A stretch of DNA of 62,925 nucleotides, the filler included, from Vannella sp. (Eukaryota): the NCBI GenBank assembly GCA_023345925.1. It is 8 parts of 8 records of this genome, joined end to end, with 100 filler letters (N's around TTAATTAATTAA, not from the genome) between each part and the next. Parts side by side here need not be neighbours in the genome. Positions count along the whole stretch, not along the records: positions 1 to 11,823 come from JAJQQN010000860.1; positions 11,924 to 16,473 come from JAJQQN010001309.1; 6 more parts are not named here. One strand, written 5' to 3'. Below the pieces are notes generated by a model. It was not told where the DNA came from, made no database searches, and saw only the letters and a program-made list of their open reading frames with translations. Every line of letters starts with the position of its first letter. The first letter of the stretch is position 1. Shown piece by piece: positions 1-11,987 of this stretch. The position numbers and the translations under genes were made by a program.

Positions 1-581
1 CAATTCACATCGATGATATGAGGGAAGTTGAAGCCCGTCGTGGCCAACACAGCAACAAGCTCTCGCAAGTTCTACTCGAAAGGAGTCAGTTTCTCCTCTT
101 TCAACGCACAAGGGACCGCACCGAGGTGTACTGCTCGATAAAGAAGTCAATCTTGGAAGCTTCCTTCAAGTGAGAGCTGAAATCACCTCTGGAGACAACA
201 GGTGAGGACGATACAACAGAGAGCGCCCTCTCACCTCATCAGAATTGGCTCTGCGCTTCGTTTGCCACCTTCGAGGATCAGTCCAGTGAGTCCTGCATGG
301 CACTTCTTCAAGAGAAGCGTATTAACGGGGGCCAGAACTTCCCTCGCATCGTAAGAAGACGTCCTTACGCAGTCGACCCCCCAAACCCACCTTTCCCCTC
401 CAACGCCTTCTCGTCCTCGTGCTTGAGGATGATCACAAAGGTCTTCTCCACCAACTCCTCGTATTGGTTGTCCTTCAACGAGGCCAAAGCCTCCAGCCCA
501 CTCACGATCGCGCCTGCCAGTTCCATCTCCCTTCAAATGCCTCCGGATCCCATAGTTTTCACTTCAACAATTCAAACCTAA
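1..581 (+). CDS. 3' part of an unidentified spliced gene (5' truncated by window edge)
   Basis: Open frame from 3 (IHIDDMREVEARRG...) and ORF 297-581, with GTGAG...CAG intron-like segments between them. Exon phase unresolved; no motif recognised. Confidence 0.3.
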
Positions 582-617
582 CACTTATTAAGAAACTGAA
601 ATCAGTCACTGAGGATC

Positions 618-668
618 CCAGCCAATCAGAATCCCGTATGGGTGCTTTTCTTGATTCTGATTGGCTGG
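618..668. repeat. Perfect 16-bp inverted repeat (hairpin)
   Basis: CCAGCCAATCAGAATC (618-633) and GATTCTGATTGGCTGG (653-668), 19-nt loop, next to the 3' end of the minus-strand gene ending at 695. Confidence 0.9.
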
Positions 669-694
669 CACTGCAAATGGGGTAACTGGTTGAA

Positions 695-1948
695 TCAAGT
701 CTTCATATTCAAAACAAGCTTACCAGATGATTTACCGCTCTCTAATAGAGCGTAGGCTTCCGCAGCATGATCAAGCGGGAAGATTTTGGCAACATCCGGG
801 CGAATGCGTTTCTCGCCAATGGCAAAAGCCATGTTGGGAAGGGTCTGATTGGAAGCTTGGCGGGTCAGAATGTCCCAAGGTACTCGTAGATCAAGGTCTT
901 CGTGGAAGAACTCCACTCCAAACTGCTCACTGAAACTCCATTGTTGTTGGAATGTCTTCCATGATGATGCTTTGGGCGGATTGAGGTTAGAATAGCGGCC
1001 TTGGACGCCTGCCGCAGTCTTTGCTTTGATCAAAGGGATCACTCTGTCCGGCTCGCCCACTAAATCGATCACATAATCGACCGAAGCGGCTTTGTTGTGC
1101 TGGTCAAAGCGCTCTGATATGCGAACAGCTTGGTCTCCTCCAAACTCCATCACACGCATGAAGTTCTGATCATCACAGCTTGTGGTAATAGTGCATCCAA
1201 TGCGAAGGGCGCGGATGAATTGAATCAGTTGGATGCCCAGTGGACAAGAGCCTCCGTGTATGAAGACGTTATTGCCATTCTGGACTCTCTGAGAGGCTAA
1301 GAAGAAGGCCATCCATCCAGTGTAGCCCATGGACGCAGCTGTGGTCAATAGATCAGTGAGAGAGTGTTCCCATTTCCAGTTCTCGGCTCACCTTGGAGAT
1401 GAGAGAGCTTCTTGGGCTTAGATGCGACATAGGACTCCTGGATGTTGAGCACCTGGCTCTGGGTGCCTACTAATGATGAGACTGGCGAGATTCCCATCAC
1501 TTCGTCACCGACACGGCGATGCCACACGTCAGGACCAACTGCCTCGATGACCCCTGAAGTAGATCGAGTAAGATACACCTCTTACTCCATTGGGATGGCC
1601 TACCAGAGAAGTCTCGACCCAGAATGGGCGGGCGATTGGGATTGGGATCGCGTTTAACGAGAGGAGAGAAGTCCCCGCGTATTATCTGTTGATCTTCCTT
1701 GTTCAGAGAAGCTGCGTGTACAGATACTCGGACCTAACAAGCCGCCACCGTTACAGGAGGGCACAAGGGAGGACATGAACCGATCTGCTCACCTCGTTGC
1801 CCTGTAGTGGGGGCAGAACCCACGGTCTAACGACAACCCTAGGTGTAGACTCTTCACCTCCCTCTACAAAGACCCCCAACACCTCAGCAGAGAGCTGATT
1901 CCACCTCCGCCCAAGGAAGGAGCCCTTCCGCCTTGTCCCCGCCCACAT
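695..1948 (-). CDS. MDR-family zinc-independent NAD(P)H:quinone oxidoreductase, RTN4IP1-like, probably mitochondrial
   Basis: Spliced model: Arg-rich N-terminus MWAGTRRKGSFLGRRW, then VRVSVHAASLN, PPILGRDFSGVIEAVGPDV..VGDEV (GroES-like domain), Rossmann VFIHGGSCPLG, C-terminal GKLVL. Three short GT-AG introns. Confidence 0.8.
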
Positions 1949-2011
1949 AGAATGACGTGGAAGCCATGGGTGGCCCTTCTGATTAGGTCAGAGTGATAAC
2001 AAAGAGTATGT

Positions 2012-5000
2012 TTAGAGTCCAGCGTTCTTTTTGAAGCGACCGCGCTGCCAGGGAGCGAGTTTGAAGTAGGCAGAGCGGGAGATGCCAAGAGCGCCTTCAA
2101 ACTCGGAAGGATTGAGCCACTCTTCCAGGCGGCTCTTCTCGACTCCTGCAGGGACCTTCTTGAGTTCCTCAAGAGTATAAGTGACTTCTGGTACCGGCGG
2201 GCCGTCTTCTTTCTCTGCTGGCTTCTCTCCAGTCATTCCTGGCATTGCCGCTGGGGGATGAGTTAGAGGGTGCGTTGAACATCAGATGGAGACGTACTGG
2301 CTCCTCCTGTTCTCTTTTTGAGAGCTGCTTGGTTGGCAACTATGGATGCCAACCCACCAGCGCCCCCAAAAGGATTCATCATCATGGGGGGACCTCCCAT
2401 GGTCGCCGCCCTCTCACGTCGTGTCGCTACTGCCACTCCTGTTGCTCTCGTGGGACCAGCGGTCTCTTCAGCAACAGGCTCTGGTTCGTCTCCTATCTCC
2501 TTGGGAGGCGGAGCATTGGTTTCCTTGTTGCTACCAGGCTTCCGAAAGCGTGAGAGGAGGAAACGTGGAGAGAGAGAGCTACGAACCCTATTCTGGAGGA
2601 AATTACGAGTTGGTGGTCGCGCAATTGAGCTTGGGCGGCTGCGAGTAACCTAATTATGATGTTACTGACCTATGCACTTGTACAATCGGAATAGAAGAGC
2701 AAAATACTGACTCCTGATAGTTTGGGCGCTCTTGCAGCCTGTAAATTGAGGACTTTCTCATTGAGTAGCCCAATCTGTTCCTCTTGGGAAGCAATCTTAG
2801 CTAGTGCCTCTGCCAAATCTCCAGAAGCGGGCTCCGCTCTTGCTGCAACCTGGGTAGGTTGCTGAGAGGACAGTTTCTCTTCCAGCGTCTTGATACGCTT
2901 AGCATTTTCTACCTGCTGCTCATCAAGAGCAAGTTGGACGTCTTTCAGTTCTGCCTCCAGCTTGCTGTGTTCCTTCTCTGCGGCAGATTTGGAATCAGAG
3001 ACTTCCACTTCGCGGAGCTTGTTTGCCGCCAATTGAGCGGCAATCTGTCCTTCGAGTGCAGCGATCTTCTGCTCAGCTGATTGAAGTGAACTTTGTAGAT
3101 TGCTCTGTTTGGCTTCAAGCTCACGTTGAGTCTGCTCCTCTTCTGCAGCGTTGGCAAGTTCTCTTTCGTACTGCTCCTTGGCCAGATTGATTCGTTCATT
3201 GAGTTTCTTCACTTGAGCCTCGTGCTGGGCTTCTTTCTCCTTTAGGTGAAGCTCGGAAGCTGCAGTTACCTCTTCCAGTTTCTTGCGCAAGCCCGCCTCT
3301 GCCTTGGATGCTGTTTCAAGTTGAACTGCAGTGGAGCCTGTAGCTTCTTGCTGAATCTTTAAATCAGCAGCGAGCCTGCTGGACTCGGTACGAAGGGTTT
3401 TAAGTTGCTGATTCAGGCTTTCTATCTCAGCAGTCCTCGCCTCTTCCTTCTTCCTCGACTCTTCGGCTTGCACTTGAGCTTCAAACTCTCCTCCCTGCTT
3501 TGCAGCAATCAATTGTTTTTGAAGAGAAGATTCTTCTTCGGCCCACTTCTTTTGCTCTTGGTCGAACTGAGTCTGGAGCTGTTGCTGTTGCTCTGTTGCC
3601 AATTCCAATTGAGCCTGGAGGCGGGCAGTCTCGGCGGCCTGCTTCAGCTTTAACTTCTCGAATTGCGAAGTTAGGCTTGAATAATCGAGGACAGATTGTC
3701 GCTGGGCCTGTTCGAGGGTGTCACGCTCCTCAGTTAGAGTGGCGACAGCCTCTTCTGCCTTAATTCGAAGGTTCTTCTCAGTTTCCAATCCCATTTCACT
3801 GCGAGATACGCTCGTGGAGCTCCTTCGAGAACTTCGTTCAGCCTTTCTCTGTGATGAACGAATGACGTTGAACTCTGCTGTCAAATTCTCCAGATCTCGT
3901 TCTCTAGTAGCTCTTAGCTTTTGCTCGTCTTCAATCTGGCTCGATAGACCCACAATCTCCTGTTTGAGATAGATGACCTGTTGTCCGTGCTCGTTACTCT
4001 GATCTTCGAGATCCTTTCGTAGTTTCTTCATCTCCTTGACGAGCGCAGCACGCTCTTGAGCCATTCCATCGATGGTCTTTGAGAGTTCTAGGCATTCTCC
4101 TTTCTGATGAGCTGCAGCTTCGCGCTCTCGCTCAAGCTTTCTGACCAAAGTCTCCTTCTCAATCTCAATTTCGGAGGTTTTCTGAGATGCGGCAGCTTGT
4201 TCCTTTCTGAGTCGCTCAAGGTTTTGTCGCAAAGTCTCGTTGGCGCTCTCAAAGTCCTCCATTGACCTCTCTTTGTTTCCCTTCGACAGCTGTACCTGGT
4301 CCAAACTGCTAGTGATCTCTTCCAACTCCTTGTCCTTCTCTTTAAGCTGTAACCTCAAGCTAGTGATAAACTTGGCGTTGCTTTCTTCCAGAGTTTGTAA
4401 GTCCATCTCCAGCTGGGTCTTCTCTTCCTCATAGTCTTGGACCTTCTTGACGAGAATCTCGATTCGCTTGTTGGCAGCTATCATTTGATCCTGAGCGCCT
4501 TGAATATCACCGAGCTGATCCTCCAATTGTTGGTTTTGGTTAGTCCTTTGCTTCAGAGCGTCCTGCTGGTCCTTATCTCTCTGCTCTCTTTCTGAAAGGA
4601 GTCGCTGGAGCTTATTCCTCTCCTTTTCCAATGTGTTTACCGCTTCGGATTGAGAGTTAACCTGAATGCGTAACTCCTCCATCTTCTCTGCATGTGTTTC
4701 AATCTTCCGGTCACGCTTCTGAACCTCAAGAAGAAGCTCGTCAGCCCGGCGTTTGAAACTTTGGATCTGCTCTGATTCCGTTCCAACAGCCATCTCCCTC
4801 TCCAGTAAGATAGCAGCACACTTTTCTCCCAAAGCTTCTTTTTCTTTCAGAAGCACCTTGTACTTGAACTCCACGTCTGAAACGTGGTTTTCAAGCTCAA
4901 AGAGTTGCTCTGATGCTGCATTGTACTTTTCGCTGATGTTTTTGAGTGCTTGAGAGCGATAGTCCAGGTTGTCTTCAAGCTCCATTCTTCGTTCGCACTC

Positions 5001-6806
5001 CTCTTCGTAAATGTCCGCGCTGCGACGGGTTTGTGAATCAAAGTCTTCCTGCATTTGCTTGATGGTCTCTCGGTTCTTCGCTTTTTCCGTGGCCAGCTGT
5101 TTGGAAAGATCCTCAAGCTTGCCAGAGAGAGCCTCCCGCTCGTCCTTGATCTTCTCAAGTTCAGAAGTAAGTTGGCGAACTTGTTGCTTGACACAGACGG
5201 CGGTTTGGTCGAGCTCAACGTTGGTCTTTTGAAGGAGCGAACGAAGGTCTTCTGTGGAAGACAAGGACTTGAGTGTCTTATCATTCTTCTTCTCAAGGGA
5301 CTCGACTTTCTTGGTGAGTAGTGCAATATCAACCTGGGCCTGTTCATGGGACACCTTAGCACCTTCGCAATCCCGAACTGCCTGACGAAGGTCCTGCTCC
5401 TTCTTGTTAAGCTTCTCTTCCAGTGCACGATGTTCAGCAAGTGTTTGAGCCTCTTTGTCAGCAAGTTTGGACTTTTGAGATTCATATTTTCCAGTCAATG
5501 CCTTCAACTGGCCCTCCAAATCAGCAGTTTTGACTTCCAAGTCTCTTCTTAGAACACTGTTCTCCCGTTCGAGCTCACTAATGCGGTGTTGCTTCACAGT
5601 CACTTCCTTCTGGATGTCTAGTTCCTGATTGCGGCACTGCAACAGCTCCCTCTCCTTCTCTTTCAGAGTATTTCGAGAACGTTCGGTCAGCTCCTGAGCA
5701 TCTTTCAAGTCACTTTGGAGCTGCTGAATAGTAGACTCGAGCCCAGCTTTTTGTCGCTTCATCTCAATCAACTCGTACTGGCTGCTCTTGACGGTAGAAT
5801 CCGAGCCTTTGATGACTTCCTCCGCCTGCTCCTTATCCTCAGACAATCGTTCCATCTCACTACGGAACTCTTCAAGCTCTCGGGCATATCGACGGTCCTT
5901 CTCAGCAAGTTGCTGGGAATACGATCGCTTGGCATCATCTGCCTCAACAGTGAGTCGCTCCAAGTCGGCTTGGACTCTTTGCAAATCCCTAACGGCGTTC
6001 TGGCGAGCTCTTGTCTCCTCGTCCATTTCTGACAAAGCAGAGCGAAGCTTTTGGTCCACTACTGACGCATCACGGTCCTTTGTGGCAACCAGTTCATCGT
6101 AGAAAGTCTCTCGTTCATCCATTCGCTTCTTCTGGCGCTGAGATTGGCTCTCGAGCCTTGAGTAGCGGCTTTTAGAGGTCATCAGCTCTGTCTCCATTTG
6201 ACTCAGTTCAGAGCGAAGAGAGAGCACTTTCCTCGTGTTGGCCTGGTTGGTTTCACGAGCTTCTTCGAGTTGCTTGATCAAAACGTTCTTTTCTGACGTC
6301 AGGTTGTCCAGACGAGTCTGAGCAGACTTGAGGTTGATCTCCAGCATGTGCTTTTCGCTCTCTAACACGCGCAGTTGGTTCTCTGTCTCTTTCAGTTTGG
6401 CAAGCCCCTCTGCATGTAACTTTTCGAACTCTTCTCTCTCCTCGACCTCATTCTGAAGCTCTTTAGAGAGTCGTGAGAACTCTCTTTTGAGGCTATCGCG
6501 GTCACGACGGATGTCTGTGATGTCTGTGTCGAGGGCTGCGACTTGCTCTCGTAGTGATGCGCGCTCCTTCTCCGCAAGCTTGAGGTAGTGCTCACGAGAC
6601 TTGAGCTGTTCCGAGAGACCATTAACTTGAACGTTCTGGAGGAGGATCTGCTTGTTCAGTCTCTGCCGTTTGACACACTCCTCTTCATAGAGGCCCGCAG
6701 TCTCCGCAAGCTTGTTCAGATCCCTCTCCATCTTTCTCTGCTGTCTCTCCAGCCTCCGATTATCATTGAGCACCCGCTCAAGCTCAGACGGAGAAACACC
6801 GTCCAT
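2012..6806 (-). CDS. Large coiled-coil protein with C-terminal CPI-like, WH2-like and villin headpiece motifs
   Basis: ORF 2670-6806 is about 1360 aa of heptad-rich E/K/Q/L sequence. Splicing (GTCAGT...ATTAG) continues into VTRSRP..., GLASIVANQAALKKRT and the headpiece YTLEELK..PAGVEKSRLEEWL..SEFEGALG...YFKLAPWQRGRFKKNAGL*. Confidence 0.8.
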
Positions 6807-6931
6807 CCTGAGGAACCAAGTGTGTCAGAGAGACGTCGAAGGCCAAATGGATCCACCAACCCGTGTCAGCGGAGATATTTGCAAGAGATATTTGTGAGAT
6901 ATTTTGTGGCTCTTTATGGAGGTGGATGGGT

Positions 6932-7903
6932 TTAGCAGTCGAACTCGAAGTTGATGCCGGTGTGGTGGACGAGAGTGGTAACATTAACCTCAGTACCAAC
7001 CGTGAGGGTGGAGGCGTTGGAGATGGTTCTCTTGAAGGAGAGTCCAATACTACCACAAGTACGGAAGGCAATCTTGGCAAGGCCACCACCAGACAGAATG
7101 CGGGCGAAGGCCACAGCACCTTCAACCTTTTGGGTAGCTCCGATCCAGGCCACTTCGCTTGAGAAGTCGAACTTGGGCTGTGCAATGAAATAGCGAGCCA
7201 CAGCACTCACGTCTCGTGCAGCTGAGGAGGAAGCGCTCAAGGTGATGACGGAATCTTTGACCTTGGTCTCAGCGTTCACAGTGACGCGGTCGCACAAAAT
7301 AGCGTCCTTGGGGTTCAAGCTAGCCTCAAAACCAAAAGCGTACTGTTCCTTGGTGTAAACAGCACCGAGGGCGACAGCGGGAACATCAACAACCAGGGTT
7401 GGGAGAGAGAGCTTAGCAGACACGGTTGCATTCTTGTGGATGTAGTCAAAGGCAGCGGAAACCTTCTGAGAAGTGAGAACCTGCTTGCCATCTCCAGCCT
7501 GAACTTGGCGGCGGTGGTGATCCAAGGAGAGGTTGGCCTTCAAGCCGGTAGTCAAAAAGTCACGGGCGACGATCTTGAAGTTCTGGTTACCAGTGGTGCT
7601 GAAGACTCCCTCGAAATCAACGGTATCGCGAAGGGGGAAAACGGGCTTAGCAACGATGGTGTAGGTACCGTCTCCGTTCAAGGCGCATGTGGTGTCAACC
7701 TTCTACCTATCTGTGTAAGTAAAGCAGAAAAAAAACATGGTGCATGCTACTAACAGCAAAGCCAGGGGTGTTGCTCTTAACAGACAGCTCAACGTTGTTA
7801 GGGAAGTCCTTCGTGAGGAGGTCTGGGACAAGGTTAGCATTACTTCTCCCCACAACAGATATCTCTTACCAGTTGCCTTCTTGCCAAAGTCCTTGTTGAA
7901 CAT
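6932..7903 (-). CDS. VDAC: Mitochondrial porin (VDAC, Porin_3 family)
   Basis: Spliced N-terminal helix MFNKDFGKKATDLLTKDFP, alternating amphipathic beta-strands, C-terminal beta-signal-like HTGINFEFDC; about 290 aa. Probable 5'-UTR intron just upstream. Confidence 0.8.
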
Positions 7904-8014
7904 CTCTACGACAATCAATCAGCAACAGGGATGCTCGCAGTAGCGGCCGCCTTACCGTCGCTCACTAAAGAATGAAGAAATAACAAGAATCTTTCTGATC
8001 TTCTTGGATTTTAA

Positions 8015-10000
<1,986 letters not shown>

Positions 10001-10199
10001 GCCCCTCTCTGACATCACCATGTCTGCTAAGTCATCTTGATTCGTATAAAGGGAAGCGTTGTCCAGTGAGGTCTGTGCCCAGCAACAGTCCATAAAGCAA
10101 GCTTTTGGGCTGTTGCTGGGCACAGAGGGGAGGACAGATACATTTATGAACAGAAATGAACAGAAATAGACAAATGAACATGCTTGGGAATGAGGAAAG

Positions 10200-11782
10200 T
10201 CACTCTACTCGACCAGGGAAGCTGGTGACGACTTTGGTGGTGAACTTGTTGACCATGTTGGGTCTGGTCGCCGTGTTGAGGCGGAGAAGGGAAGCGTAGG
10301 CTGCAAGAGAAGAGTGAGGATCCGTTTCCATGGGAGCATGCGCGAGGTCGATGCTTCCAAACGGCAAATCTTCGTGGGGAACGTTGACGATCCCTTGGAC
10401 AGTACTTTGCGCGAGCTTCAAGGGGCCAGTGACTGCGCACGTTGCCAGATTGATAACTCCGCTCCATGTACCAGAGACAGCACCAAGGACACCATGCCTC
10501 TTCACATGGCGAACGGGTTCTTTTACCAAACCAGTGACGCCATCGCTCCAGACAGACGCCATGTTGTGCAAGCCCTCATTCACAGCGATGGCTCTCTGCT
10601 CAAGTCCTCCATGCTCACAGTTCCAGTGCACTACACGGTTACGGTGGCGACGATGAAGGTCCATGTTGGATAGTTCGCAGTGGACTGTTCGGTCGTGTGT
10701 AGCACAGAGCTTGAGCTTGCAGTCCATACAAACAGTGACTGCAGCGGCTCCTTGTGAGCCTAAGCCGAGCTCTTCACAGAGGTGGCAGAGAGAATGCTCC
10801 AAAGGGAATCCTTCGAGTGCGGTTGGGTTATCCTCGTGGAGACATGGGACATGGCGCTTTTGAGCAAGCTGCACACCAGAGAAGTCTCCTGTGGAACAAG
10901 GAATCATGTGGAGGGTGTCATGTCGCCACTCGTTGACGAGTTTCTTCACAAGGCGGTCAGCAGACCCACAGCGGGAGGGGTTTCGAGCTTGTTGGGATCC
11001 GGGCAAGAAGAACAGTGGGCACCAAAGCTTCTCAGCCAAGTGAGGAGCTACAATAGAGCTTGCATTGGACAAGAGGACGTTGACGTCAGCCGATAAACCA
11101 TCCTGAGTAGTCAGGCAAGCCTGATACGCGGCCTGGAAGAGGTCTTGGAGCCAACTGTTCATTCGTAAGTGGATAGTTCTTCAATTAGAGAGAGGGGAAT
11201 GTACCTTTGGTGGAGAGGGAGCTGTTGTCTGAGAGCCGTTTGGTCACCATTTCTGAGCAGCTCGACGACACCTTCTGGGTCATCAGGAAGGGGCGAAAAC
11301 TCCAAGTCGTTCTTCATCACGATGCTTCGGAAGCTCTCATGCGTTGCAACGCGGAACCGGTGGCCTTCTTGGCGGAATTGGAGGCCAATGGAGATAGCAG
11401 CTTCGACCTCAAGTGAGGAACCGAGTAGGATGGTCAGAAAGTGAAGGCGTGGAAGCTGAAGAGTGGAAGGTGGTCCCTTCTTGAGGTCAGGGAGTTGAAG
11501 GCGGTCTAATTGTGAGAGGACGTCCACCCATTCGCTTCGAAGATGGCGCTCTCCTTGGTGACATCTTTGGCAAAGGCGTGTCTTCTGGTTCTCAAAGAAG
11601 GAGTAAACGGTCGTTGGCACCACAGGAGCGCACGCTCTGCAACAGGAACGGCCACAATGGCGACAATGGACAGTCCTATCAGCAGTGATAAGACGAGGAC
11701 AAGTAGAGCAGCGGTCTTGAGGGACTTGGAGAGGAAGAATGCTCCTCCACTCCTGAATGAGAGGGTCACTGAAACGGGGCAT
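10200..11782 (-). CDS. FYVE-like finger + degenerate sterol-glucosyltransferase (GT28-N) domain + B-box-like finger + ATG_C-like helix
   Basis: CSTC..HCRHCGRSCCRAC..RLCQRC; GHRFRVATHESFRSIV..LEFSPLPDDP; CHLC..CMDCKLKLCATHDRTVH; DGVTGLVKEPVRHVKRHGVLGAVSG. One intron near 11165-11205. Confidence 0.65.
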
Positions 11783-11823
11783 TGTTGGAATGAAAATTTT
11801 GGCGCTCCATCAGGATTGGCCAA

Positions 11824-11923
11824 NNNNNNNNNNNNNNNNNNNNNNNNNNNNNNNNNNNNNNNNNNNNTTAATTAATTAANNNNNNNNNNNNNNNNNNNNN
11901 NNNNNNNNNNNNNNNNNNNNNNN
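11824..11923. other. Artificial contig spacer
   Basis: 100-nt N run with central TTAATTAATTAA. Confidence 0.99.
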
Positions 11924-11987
11924 AATCATATCTATTTATTTATACGAGAACAGCAACTGGCTTGGGGAGCTCACATCACGGTTGATG

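Noticed and set aside
2670..6806. Myosin II heavy chain or SMC protein
   Set aside because: No motor domain, Walker motifs or hinge; the VDAC gene lies immediately upstream, leaving no room for a head.
2859..6935. Many antisense and overlapping ORFs in the track (also opposite PGM, CDC20, GCN2)
   Set aside because: Shadow frames of real genes with no recognisable motifs.
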